This document shows positions 52,439 through 61,720 of a DNA stretch of 64,000 nt, one piece after another. The DNA is taken from the NCBI GenBank assembly GCA_024278455.1, contig JAJRTE010000082.1:16026-80025 (forward strand). Reading direction: 5' to 3'. Source of the stretch: Myxococcota bacterium (GTDB lineage: Bacteria; Myxococcota_A; UBA796; JAJRTE01). The position numbers and the translations under genes are program-made. The notes beneath the pieces were generated by a model that saw only the letters and a program-made list of their open reading frames with translations, did no database searches and was not told where the DNA came from. Numbering within the stretch: position 1 is the stretch's first letter; each line of letters opens with the position of its first letter.

Positions 52439-54031
52439 CTACCATCTCCCGCGCCGAGGACGCTGCACCTTGAAGACCAGGGCGTAGCAATCGCGGTCCG
52501 GTTCCACGATCCGTCCGATCAGTTCGAGTTCGAAGAACCGGGCCACCTTGACGGCTCGAGCGTGAATCGATCGTGAAGATGCCTGGTAGTTCTCCCGATC
52601 GTAGGCGAACAGGACGCACCCCCCTGAGCGGGCCTCGAGTTCCTTGCGTCTCGAGTCGTCGAACAGTTCGAAATGCGACGCGCGAATGGCCGTGTCGATG
52701 CAACCGCTTTCCGCTATCCACACGCAAGCGGAGTAGGCGTGCATGTCCAGGTCGTCCGTCTCCCGGAACCTGTGGTCGGCCAGGAAGAAGGTTTCTGCGG
52801 AGGCGTAGTAACGCTGCGCCACGTCCGACGTGTCCCTGAGCGCGGGCAGGAGAATCGCGAGGAACAGGCAGAGCACGGTCGACGGGGCGGCCCCTGCGCG
52901 CGCCCAGACCGGCCACCGGGTCCGGTTCGCCCTTTCGTCGGCGAATGCGTGGGCGGCGACCAGGCCGGCGCCTGCCAGCGACGCCAGGCAAAGGCGAACG
53001 ACGAGGGTGTGCCGGTAGCCGTAGTCGTCGAACAGGGCGAAGGCCAGGTGTTGGGAAGCAGCGGTCCCCAGGAAGAACAGGACCAGGCCGCGACGCCTGG
53101 GCCACACGGTCCAGATCGCCACGACCGCGACCCCGATGGCCACCAGGCCGGACGGCCGCGCGTAAGGAGAAAGAAAATCCAACATCAGCACCTGCCGGCG
53201 AAACATCGAGAGCAGGTAGGCGCTTCCCCCTCCGAGATGGGTCTGCTGTCCGAGGACGAGGTAGGCGGCCACCAGGATCGAGGGCAATGCCAGGGAAGCC
53301 CACCAACCGGTGTGGGAAAGCACGATCCGCCGGACAGCCGACAGGCGCCAGGCGAGCGGCACGGCGAGCAGCACGGCCTCCGGTCGAAGCGCCACGGCCG
53401 CGGCCCACCATCCCATCGCGCCCGCCATCGCGACCGGGCTCACCCTCCGAATCGCCCGCTCCAGCACGGCCAGCGCAGCGACGCTGCAAACGAAGGGTAG
53501 CAGGATATTGTAGGCCGAGCTGGACCAGAAACCGAGTACGGGGTCGGCGGCCAGCAAGGCACCGGCCCACAGACCCGCCTCCTCGTTCTCGGTCAGGTCG
53601 CACAGCCAGGACCAGACCAGAACGGAGATGAGCAGCGAGGCCAGAATGTGGAGCACGACCAGCCACCACCCACTTCCCCCGAAGACCGGGCCTATCCACC
53701 GATAAAGCTGCCGGAGCACGCCCGACGCCCGATAGGCGAAATCGGGTTCGGGCGACGCATGTCGCCACACGTCGAAATAGTCGGCCTCGTGCCCGTCGAA
53801 CACGTGGCTGGACAGGGCTGGAATGACCCCGGCCCGCACGCCCGCCGCGGCGACCACGATCAGCGCCAGGGCGACGAGGTGCCGGCGCGAAGTGCGCCGA
53901 AACGGCTCGAGCAGTATCCCCGCGGACAGCACGGTCAGCACGCCCAGGGCCAGCAGGTGCGCGGTCACGAGCGGCTCGAGGTGCGTCTCGATCAGGATCC
54001 TCACGGGTTGCAAGCGCTGGAACAGGTCCAT
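52439..54031 (-). CDS. polytopic membrane protein, GT-C-fold glycosyltransferase-like (ArnT/PMT-like, weak)
   Basis: 530 aa with more than 10 predicted TM helices across the N-terminal 400 aa and a soluble C-terminal domain. No diagnostic motif could be confirmed by eye. Confidence 0.55.
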   Translation of the reverse strand: MDLFQRLQPVRILIETHLEPLVTAHLLALGVLTVLSAGILLEPFRRTSRRHLVALALIVVAAAGVRAGVIPALSSHVFDGHEADYFDVWRHASPEPDFAYRASGVLRQLYRWIGPVFGGSGWWLVVLHILASLLISVLVWSWLCDLTENEEAGLWAGALLAADPVLGFWSSSAYNILLPFVCSVAALAVLERAIRRVSPVAMAGAMGWWAAAVALRPEAVLLAVPLAWRLSAVRRIVLSHTGWWASLALPSILVAAYLVLGQQTHLGGGSAYLLSMFRRQVLMLDFLSPYARPSGLVAIGVAVVAIWTVWPRRRGLVLFFLGTAASQHLAFALFDDYGYRHTLVVRLCLASLAGAGLVAAHAFADERANRTRWPVWARAGAAPSTVLCLFLAILLPALRDTSDVAQRYYASAETFFLADHRFRETDDLDMHAYSACVWIAESGCIDTAIRASHFELFDDSRRKELEARSGGCVLFAYDRENYQASSRSIHARAVKVARFFELELIGRIVEPDRDCYALVFKVQRPRRGRW

Positions 54032-54051
54032 TCGCGGCCTACCTGAAGTGG

Positions 54052-55725
54052 CTATGGAGGAGCGTGGCCGGCGCCACCTTCGCCCCGGCCGCCCGCACGG
54101 ACCCCGCCCGCACGGGAATCGAGGCCCAGTTCGTACAGGTGGGTACCTCCGACCACCTGGTGCACGGGATGAAACGGCTTCAGCACCGCCTCGAGGCGCG
54201 GGACATAGGCCGGGCTCGTCACGACATCATACATGACAATGGACACGCGGTCTCCCCGCCGCCGGTAGTGGTCGAGGAGAAACGACATTTCGGCGGGATA
54301 GATGTCCGTGAAGGTGTGCATCACCATGGTGCCGCAGGAAAACGGCTGGCCGAAGGCGTAGTTCACGTACTCGAAACCGAGGTCGAGGCCGTAGTATCGG
54401 CAGCGGCGCCATTTCGGGAGCGCGAGGTAGACCGGGTCCACGGCACGTTTGTCGTCGTCTCCGAAGAGGGGCGGTGCGATGAGCCACAGGACGTCTGGGG
54501 GAGGTTTCCGGGCAAGCGCTGCGCGAATGGCATGGGGCCGTCGTTCCGCTTGCGCGATCGTGGTCCGGGCCTCCCCGACTTCGCCCAGGGCGAAAGCGAC
54601 TTCCGTGGCACATACGAAGCCCAGCGCAAGCCATCCGAAAGAGGGCGACCGACCGGCCGGCGAGTCGCCACGGCCGAGGAACCCTCTTGCGGCCAGCACC
54701 AGGAACGGGCCAAGGCACGAGAGGTAGTAGGGATACTGTTCGGCCGAGGCCACCTGGACCACGATGAGGGCCGCGACGGCCGGCACGACGCCCAGGGCGG
54801 CGAACAAAGCGGTGGTCGCGCGAACCCGCCGTGGATCTTTCAATCCGTACCACGCCCCGGCCGCCGACGCCGCGACCAGCAGCAGAACGATCGCTGGCGG
54901 CCCGAACCTCTGTGTCATCACCTCGATCACCGACGACCACAACGCCAGGGGATGGATGGTCTCGTTCTGGTATGTCCCCGTCGAGGTCACCAGCGCCAGG
55001 ACGGGCGGTATCATGGGCGAACAGGCGACCGCCACCGCCAGGGCCGCGAGCGCGACCTGCCGGAGGTACCGCCGGCGGTGGATGCCCAGGAACACCAGGA
55101 ACTGCCCGCACACCAGGACGGCTACCAGGGCATGGGTGTACAGCCCGGCCACCATCGTGGCAATCCATCCGGCCAGGCGGCGCGTGTCCGGCCGGTGCAG
55201 CGCGCGGAGGAACGTCCACTGGCCCAGCGTGGCCACGAAGGTCAGGAGGGGGTAGTTGTTCACCTCGAGCGCATAGTGCGATTGGTAGACGGAAACGGCC
55301 ATGAGAGCGGCGGCGCCGAGACCGGTGCGATCTCCGTAGGCCTCGCGTCCGAGAAGGAAGGCCGCCACGACGGCGGCGGTAGAAAACACTCCGGACATGA
55401 GCAGGTAGCCCGCCGGCGCCCCCCAGGCATGGTAGAGAAACGCGAAGAGGATACTGTAGAGCGGCGGGTGCAGGCCGACGAAGGTCGTCAGCACGGCGTA
55501 CCAGTCGCCGGCCTCGAACGCGGACACGACAGGCTGATAGTAGGCGGCGTAGGCGAAGGTGATCTGGTTGAACCGCAGGTCGAACCGTATCCAGCGCAGG
55601 CAGGCACCGAGGAAGACCAGGAGCGCGAGGCCCAGCCACGTGAGCCGGGGGCCCGCCTGGTCCAGTGCGCGGCTCGGGACAGCCGCCGGCCGGCGCCCTG
55701 CCCCTGATGGTGTCTCGAGCGGCAT
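54052..55725 (-). CDS. GT-C family glycosyltransferase (GT39/GT83, ArnT/PMT-like)
   Basis: Polytopic protein. The first periplasmic loop 'FEAGDWYAVLTTFVGLHPPLYSILFAFLYHAWG' resembles the ArnT/PMT '...KPPLlYW' signature. It has about 11 TM helices and a C-terminal soluble domain. Confidence 0.65.
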   Translation of the reverse strand: MPLETPSGAGRRPAAVPSRALDQAGPRLTWLGLALLVFLGACLRWIRFDLRFNQITFAYAAYYQPVVSAFEAGDWYAVLTTFVGLHPPLYSILFAFLYHAWGAPAGYLLMSGVFSTAAVVAAFLLGREAYGDRTGLGAAALMAVSVYQSHYALEVNNYPLLTFVATLGQWTFLRALHRPDTRRLAGWIATMVAGLYTHALVAVLVCGQFLVFLGIHRRRYLRQVALAALAVAVACSPMIPPVLALVTSTGTYQNETIHPLALWSSVIEVMTQRFGPPAIVLLLVAASAAGAWYGLKDPRRVRATTALFAALGVVPAVAALIVVQVASAEQYPYYLSCLGPFLVLAARGFLGRGDSPAGRSPSFGWLALGFVCATEVAFALGEVGEARTTIAQAERRPHAIRAALARKPPPDVLWLIAPPLFGDDDKRAVDPVYLALPKWRRCRYYGLDLGFEYVNYAFGQPFSCGTMVMHTFTDIYPAEMSFLLDHYRRRGDRVSIVMYDVVTSPAYVPRLEAVLKPFHPVHQVVGGTHLYELGLDSRAGGVRAGGRGEGGAGHAPP

Positions 55726-55791
55726 CGCGGTCCAACGACCTCCCTGGTCCCCGGGCTTCGCCGTCCCGCCGGCAGGTGGGAGGGACGGCGT

Positions 55792-58700
55792 CTATTTCAT
55801 GTAGCCGAGCGCCCTGAGACGCTCCACCGTGTCATCGGACAGGACCTTGTTCTGCCCGGCGCCCAGCGACCGTTCCGAGGTCCTCGCCAGGAACACGGCG
55901 ACGCCGTCATCCCCCGGGTCCGGCAGGGCCTCCGGAGCGGCCACGAGAACGCTGTCGTCGCACGTGATGGTGAGTTCCCCATTGCCGGCGACACCTCCCC
56001 GAGGCGTCCTCACGCCCCCCCGCCAGGGTTCGCCATCCACGTCGAGTTCGAGCGTCACGGCCCCTTCGCCCGCGCGGAGCGTTCCATCCGTCCTGAACGC
56101 CAACACGGCTCGAGGGGTGGTGACGTCGAATTCGAGCTTGTCCCGGCGATTGGCGACCTTGAAGGCGCCCTGGGAACCGTCAGGCAACGGCGCGATGATG
56201 TCCTCGTAGTAGACGAACCAGCGGCGCTGGCCGGGCAGTGCCAGAGACCCCTTGAAGCGCCTCGTTTGCCCCCCGCCATCGAGGACGAGCACGTAACGCC
56301 CGGCGAGCATGGTCCTGAGATGGCTGTCCATGAGCCGATGGAGTTCGCGCAATTCCTGGGGGCGGGTCTGCGCGATGGAGTGGGTTTCCCCCGGGTCGGC
56401 CGACAGGTCGTAGAGTTCGTGCCTGGCCTTGGACCTGGGCCGTCTCTCCTGCGGGCTCGAGTTGGCCATGTTGTACAGATACTTGAGGTTTCCCTTGACG
56501 AGAGCTGCCTGGGCGGAGCCGTACAGTTCGTTTTCCGCGTGGATTTCGCGGTCCATGGGCCACCCGGCAGGCTTGTTCTCGAGGAGCGGCCGCAGGGAGA
56601 TGCCCTGGATGCCGGTGAGCGGTTCGACGCCAGCGAGATCGAGAATGGTCGGGACCAGGTCGTTGAGACGGACGGGGGCGGCGATGCGACGGCCTCCATC
56701 GAAGGCGGCGGGATTGATCATCACCAGCGGGACCCGGATGAGTTCCTGGTAGGCCTGGTGTCCGTGCTCGTATCCTCCATGCTCCCACAGTTCCTCCCCG
56801 TGGTCCGAGGTGACGATGAAGGTAACGTCGGCGGTTCCGGCGTTCGCCTCGACGTAGTCGTAGAGTCTTCCCATCATGGTGTCGGCGTAGAGGAGTGCTC
56901 CGTCGTAGAGGTCCCGGACCTGCTGTTTCTCGAGTTCATCCCTGGCGGGCGCGTCGCCCTGGGCCAGGTCGAGGTAGTCCTTTCCGTTCATTCCCTTTTC
57001 GAACCGTCCCTCGTAGTCCCCGGAGACGAACCGGGTCGCGTAGGACCTGGGCGGGCGGTAGGGTCCATGGCAATCCATGAGGTGCACGACGAGGAACCGA
57101 TCGTATCCCCGGTGGGTCTCGAGCCAGTCGATGGCCCTGTCCACGCCGACCTTTCCGGAGCCGGTCCGCGTGCCGACGCCGTAGTCGCGATAGGTCGTGA
57201 ACCCCTGTCCCAGCCCGAATGCGCTGGTCAAGTAGGGATTATTCATGAGGGCCATGGTCTGGAACCCGGCCGCCCTGAGCGCTTCGGCAAGCGTCACGAA
57301 ACGTTCCGGAAGGGGTCGCCGCCAGATGAGTTCCCGCCAGGCCCTCTCCCCGGCCCCGTGATGGACCGGGTCGATTCCGGTGAAGAACGACGCGAAGGAG
57401 GGCAAGGTCCAGGGGGCGGCGGTGTAAGCCTGCTCGAAAACCACGCCCTGCGCACCGATACGCTCCAGGTGGGGCGTGGTTCGCCGTTCGTAGCCGTAGG
57501 CGGACAGGTGCGACAGGCTGACGGCATCGATGACAACCATCACGACCAGCCGGCCCTGCCCGTCCCTCGAGAACAGCACCGGATCGCCCCAGACGGCCGC
57601 TGCGCCGGGATAGTCGTCCTGGAAGGCCGGATCCGCCGAGGTCTCGAGTTCGATCGTGACCTTCTGGCCGGCGAAGTCGCCCAGGTCCACCAGGTGCGCA
57701 TGCCAATACCTGTCCTCGAGCGTCCCCCCCGGATCGTGCGTCGCCTCGAGCACCCGGTGGCGTTCGCCACCTGCATCGACCACGGTGACAGTGAAGCGCA
57801 CATCCCCCCGCTCTCGAACCCAGCCTTCGCGAACGACGCCTGTCGCCAGGCTCAAGAAGGCCGACGGCGGAATCGTCCGGGTGAATCGCAACACCGATGG
57901 GGCCGGCGCATAGAGCGCGTAGCGGGTCTCCGCACCGTGGTCTTCCGCCGGGAGTTCCACGCGAAGCTGCAATGGACTCGAGGAGGCGTCGAGGTCATCC
58001 GGATTGGCATACTTCGTACCAACGGAAGGGCCTCGAGCCACCAGCCTGATGTCGTCGAACCACACCTCCCCCGATGTCGTGAATCCGACGCCGCGGTCGG
58101 ACATGCCGCGCGAATGATCGATGGACAGCACCACGCGATTGGCCTTGTCCGGCGCCGTGAAGTGGAAGCTGTGCGTCACCCAGTCCACGGTACCTGTCTC
58201 GTTCGGTCCGGCGGCGGGCTGCTTCGATCGTTTGCGGCACCGCTTGCGATTGGCCGCGGAACGCAGGTGGCGCGTGGCGTCGTGGTAGTGGTCCGGCACG
58301 CCGTAGAATAGTGCCTCCACGGTCCCGAACCGGTATCTCGAGCCGTTGCGTCCCTTGAGGTCCCTTGTCCGAACGCGGTAGGACACGGTGTAGCTCGTGC
58401 CGGGATCGATGGGGATGGCCTCGCTGCGGAAGCTGGCTGGACCGCTGACGCCGCCGCCGATGTGCAGGACATGAGCCGCATTGCCCAGTCCGACGACTCG
58501 AGACACCGATTTCAGTTTCTTGCCGGGGTTCTTCGGGGGCCGGTCCTTGTTGGTTCCCCGCTTCGAGCGCCCGTCCTCTTGCAGGGGAGAGAGTCCCTGG
58601 AGCGTGCCGTCCTCGAAGTCGAGCGACAGGAGGGTCGTGACCCTCTCCGCTTCCGGGTTCGCGACCACGCGGGCGGCGGCCCCATCGATCGCGGCGCCGG

Positions 58701-58977
58701 CGACGGTGGCGTAGAAGCTGTCCACCGGCTGCGGGCGAGCGGGGGGGCGGCGAGGCGGAACGGTCACGGGCGTCTCGCCGCACCCCGTCCAGGCCACGAC
58801 CGCCACGACCATCGCCAGGGCCGGCAACGCGCGGCACGTTGCGCCAAGGCCGGCAGGACGCCACCGGCGGGATGCCCGGAGCGGACCGGGCACCGGGTCC
58901 CGGCAGGGCTGGGCAACAAGATCAATCGTCGAACCCGGTGAGGCGGTTGTACACGTCACGGATCTCCCTAGTTTCAT
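55792..58977 (-). CDS. large lipoprotein with sulfatase-family (alkaline-phosphatase superfamily) hydrolase/transferase domain, Thr nucleophile type
   Basis: Start placed at 'MKLGRS...RRWRPAG...AMVVAVVAWTGC' (lipobox). The ORF-track start 59448 adds an Arg-rich extension. The central domain has 'VVMVVIDAVSLSHLSAYGY', 'AAPWTLPSFASFFTG' (no Cys/Ser-x-P-x-R, so probably not FGE-dependent) and 'IVTSDHGEELWEHGGYEHGH'. Confidence 0.65.
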   Translation of the reverse strand: MKLGRSVTCTTASPGSTIDLVAQPCRDPVPGPLRASRRWRPAGLGATCRALPALAMVVAVVAWTGCGETPVTVPPRRPPARPQPVDSFYATVAGAAIDGAAARVVANPEAERVTTLLSLDFEDGTLQGLSPLQEDGRSKRGTNKDRPPKNPGKKLKSVSRVVGLGNAAHVLHIGGGVSGPASFRSEAIPIDPGTSYTVSYRVRTRDLKGRNGSRYRFGTVEALFYGVPDHYHDATRHLRSAANRKRCRKRSKQPAAGPNETGTVDWVTHSFHFTAPDKANRVVLSIDHSRGMSDRGVGFTTSGEVWFDDIRLVARGPSVGTKYANPDDLDASSSPLQLRVELPAEDHGAETRYALYAPAPSVLRFTRTIPPSAFLSLATGVVREGWVRERGDVRFTVTVVDAGGERHRVLEATHDPGGTLEDRYWHAHLVDLGDFAGQKVTIELETSADPAFQDDYPGAAAVWGDPVLFSRDGQGRLVVMVVIDAVSLSHLSAYGYERRTTPHLERIGAQGVVFEQAYTAAPWTLPSFASFFTGIDPVHHGAGERAWRELIWRRPLPERFVTLAEALRAAGFQTMALMNNPYLTSAFGLGQGFTTYRDYGVGTRTGSGKVGVDRAIDWLETHRGYDRFLVVHLMDCHGPYRPPRSYATRFVSGDYEGRFEKGMNGKDYLDLAQGDAPARDELEKQQVRDLYDGALLYADTMMGRLYDYVEANAGTADVTFIVTSDHGEELWEHGGYEHGHQAYQELIRVPLVMINPAAFDGGRRIAAPVRLNDLVPTILDLAGVEPLTGIQGISLRPLLENKPAGWPMDREIHAENELYGSAQAALVKGNLKYLYNMANSSPQERRPRSKARHELYDLSADPGETHSIAQTRPQELRELHRLMDSHLRTMLAGRYVLVLDGGGQTRRFKGSLALPGQRRWFVYYEDIIAPLPDGSQGAFKVANRRDKLEFDVTTPRAVLAFRTDGTLRAGEGAVTLELDVDGEPWRGGVRTPRGGVAGNGELTITCDDSVLVAAPEALPDPGDDGVAVFLARTSERSLGAGQNKVLSDDTVERLRALGYMK

Positions 58978-59365
58978 GGCTCGCTCTTTCGGAATCGGCG
59001 CAGCGGCCTGCCCGGCGAGCGTCTCCTGGTCGCAGCCGGCAGGTCCCCGATGTCGCTTTCGTCTTGCCCTCCGGGCGCCCGCGAACCGCCGGCAACGTCG
59101 CACGGACTGGTCTCTGGACCGGGCCCCGGCGATGGAGCGCCCGCCAACTGTTGTTTCCCAGGCGTTGAAGTGTAGCAGAGCCGCCACGCTTTCCAAAGCG
59201 CATTCGAATGGAGGGAAAACGGGCCAACAGCACCGCGGGCGACCTTTTCTGTTGCCAAGGTGCGGGAAAGCGGGTATAGACCGCCACCATTCGATAATCC
59301 CTCCGGCACGGGACCCCGACAGGCACCGCCCTTGGGTACGTATCCCACCGGCTCGAGACGACGAT

Positions 59366-61453
59366 ATGAACGATATGCTGCGCAACACGCGGAACATCGG
59401 GATTTCCGCGCACATAGACTCTGGCAAGACCACGCTCACCGAGCGCATCCTGTACTACGCGGGGCGCATCCACCGCATGGGTGAAGTCCGTGGGGGAGGC
59501 CGCGGGGCCAAGATGGACTTCATGGACCTGGAGCGCGAGAAAGGCATCACGATCACGTCGGCGGCGACCACGCTGACCTGGGACGGCCATCGTATCAACC
59601 TGATCGACACCCCGGGGCACGTGGACTTCACGATCGAGGTGGAGCGGTCGCTCCGAGCCCTCGACGGCGCGGTCATGGTCCTCTGCGGCGTGGGAGGCGT
59701 CCAGTCCCAGACCATCACCGTCGATCGGCAGATGAAGCGGTACGACGTGCCGCGGCTCACGTTCATCAACAAGCTCGACCGGCAAGGCGCCGACCCGGAC
59801 CGCGTAGTCGAAGCGATACGCGACAAACTACGGCTCGTCCCAGTGCTGATACAGATTCCCATCGGACTCGAGGACCGGTTCGAGGGCGTTGTCGATCTGA
59901 TCAACATGGTGGCGGACTACTTCGAAGGGGAGCACGGCGAGCAGTGCGTCACGCGGCCCATTCCCGCCGCACTCGAACCCCGGGCGTGCCAGGCCCGAGA
60001 AGCCATGTTGGACACGCTTTGCATGTACTCGGACGACATGATGGCCCTGATGCTCGACGACGAACCGGTTCCGGCGGACATGATCGTCGAGACGCTGCGA
60101 CGCGCCACGCTGGAGCGGGCCATCACGCCGGTTCTGCTGGGCTCCGCCTACAAGAACCGAGGGGTCCAGAACCTGCTCGACGCGGTCGTTCGATACCTTC
60201 CTTCACCGCTGGACCGGCAGGCCGCTGGTGCCACGGACATCGAGACGGGCCTCCCCGTGGCGCTCACGCCGGACCCGGAAGCACCCCTGGTCGCCCTGGC
60301 GTTCAAGCTCACCGAGGAACCGTTTGGACAGCTCACCTACCTTCGGGTCTACTCCGGGTCGATTCGCAAGGGGGATATCGTCCAGAACAGCCGCACGAGA
60401 CGCCGCCTTCGTGTCGGAAGGGTCGTTCGCATGCACGCCGACGAACGCAGCGACGTCGACGTGGCCCACGGTGGGGACATCATCGCAGTCATCGGGCTCG
60501 ACTGTGCGTCGGGCGACACGCTCTGCTCTCCAGATATCGCTGTGTCCCTCGAGGGACTCCACGTGCCCGAACCCGTCATGACGCTGGCCATCTCCCCGAG
60601 AAAACAGGACGACGCCAGGCGGCTGTCCAAGGCGCTCAACCGTTTCATGCGGGAAGACCCCACGTTTCGCGTCTCCGTGGACCCCGAAACCCGCCAGACG
60701 CTCATCGCCGGCATGGGTGAACTCCACCTGGAGATCTACACCGAACGCATGCGGCGAGAATACCACGCCGACGTGGAGATAGGCCGGCCTCGAGTCGCCT
60801 ACCGGGAGGCCATCACGGCGGTTTCGGGGTTCGACTACCGGCACCGGAAGCAGACCGGCGGCGCGGGGCAATACGCTCACGTGGTGGGACGCCTGGAACC
60901 GTCGGAGAGTCCCTTCGAGTTCGCCAACGAGATCTCGGGCGGAACGATCCCCAAAGAGTTCATCCCGGCGTGCGAGAAGGGGTTCCGCGACGCCTGCATC
61001 AAGGGACCCCTGGCAGGATTCCCGGTCACCGGCGTCCGCGTCGTTCTCGCCGACGGGTCGGCCCATGACGTCGATTCGTCGGACCTGGCCTTCCGGACCG
61101 CGGCTCGAATGGCGTTCCAGTACGCCTTCGCCCGGGCCCGCCCGGTCATCCTCGAGCCGATCATGCGCGTGGACGTCGAAACGCCTGTCCCATTCATGGG
61201 CACCGTGCAGGGGGACCTGGCATCTCGCCGCGGCATCCTGATGAATGCCGAGTCCGGCTCGGATTCCGCCGTGATTCTGGCAGAGGTGCCCCTGGCTGAA
61301 ATGTTCGGATATGCCACCGACCTGCGCTCCCGCACCCAGGGCCGGGCCACGTTCACCATGGAATTCTCCCGGTACAAGCAGGTACCGGCCGGGCTACAGG
61401 AAGCCCTCATGGACAAGGCCCTGCGCGAAAAAGGGCGAAAACGGGCCGCCTGA
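59366..61453 (+). CDS. fusA: translation elongation factor G paralog (EF-G2-like)
   Basis: 'NIGISAHIDSGKTTLTERILYYAGRIHRMGEV...MDFMDLEREKGITITSAATT' is near-identical in pattern to the EF-G G-domain. 'DTPGHVDF' and 'NKLDR' are present. 695 aa. It is not in an rpsL-rpsG-fusA-tuf context. Confidence 0.9.
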   Translation: MNDMLRNTRNIGISAHIDSGKTTLTERILYYAGRIHRMGEVRGGGRGAKMDFMDLEREKGITITSAATTLTWDGHRINLIDTPGHVDFTIEVERSLRALDGAVMVLCGVGGVQSQTITVDRQMKRYDVPRLTFINKLDRQGADPDRVVEAIRDKLRLVPVLIQIPIGLEDRFEGVVDLINMVADYFEGEHGEQCVTRPIPAALEPRACQAREAMLDTLCMYSDDMMALMLDDEPVPADMIVETLRRATLERAITPVLLGSAYKNRGVQNLLDAVVRYLPSPLDRQAAGATDIETGLPVALTPDPEAPLVALAFKLTEEPFGQLTYLRVYSGSIRKGDIVQNSRTRRRLRVGRVVRMHADERSDVDVAHGGDIIAVIGLDCASGDTLCSPDIAVSLEGLHVPEPVMTLAISPRKQDDARRLSKALNRFMREDPTFRVSVDPETRQTLIAGMGELHLEIYTERMRREYHADVEIGRPRVAYREAITAVSGFDYRHRKQTGGAGQYAHVVGRLEPSESPFEFANEISGGTIPKEFIPACEKGFRDACIKGPLAGFPVTGVRVVLADGSAHDVDSSDLAFRTAARMAFQYAFARARPVILEPIMRVDVETPVPFMGTVQGDLASRRGILMNAESGSDSAVILAEVPLAEMFGYATDLRSRTQGRATFTMEFSRYKQVPAGLQEALMDKALREKGRKRAA

Positions 61454-61720
61454 AAACCGCTCCCCGCTCCTGGCGGAACATATCATCCCGCTTCATCTGG
61501 CATGTGGATTGCATACCTCGAAGCAAGACCATCTCGCGCAGGCAGCACCCGGGCCGGTACCGCCGGTCGCGGACCGAAGGCGAACAAGCAAGGCGAATGA
61601 AATCGTCTCGAGCACGTCCAACCAACGCACGTATTCGCCCTCGAGCACCGATCCGGCGTCGACCCGCGGATGTGGATCCCATACAACGATCGTGGTACGC
61701 AGTGTAGGAGGAAGTCGCCC

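Noticed and set aside
54064-55735. Two alternative long ORFs (54064..55707 on plus, 54227..55735 on minus) overlapping the GT-C gene
   Set aside because: Only the 54052..55725 minus frame yields an 11-helix membrane topology with the PPL loop motif. The others are Arg/Pro/Gly-rich.
55792-58977. Sulfatase-family protein as the substrate of the FGE-like lipoprotein
   Set aside because: The active-site region reads 'AAPWTLPSF' with no Cys/Ser-x-Pro-x-Arg. This is the Thr-nucleophile transferase subtype, which is not formylglycine-dependent.
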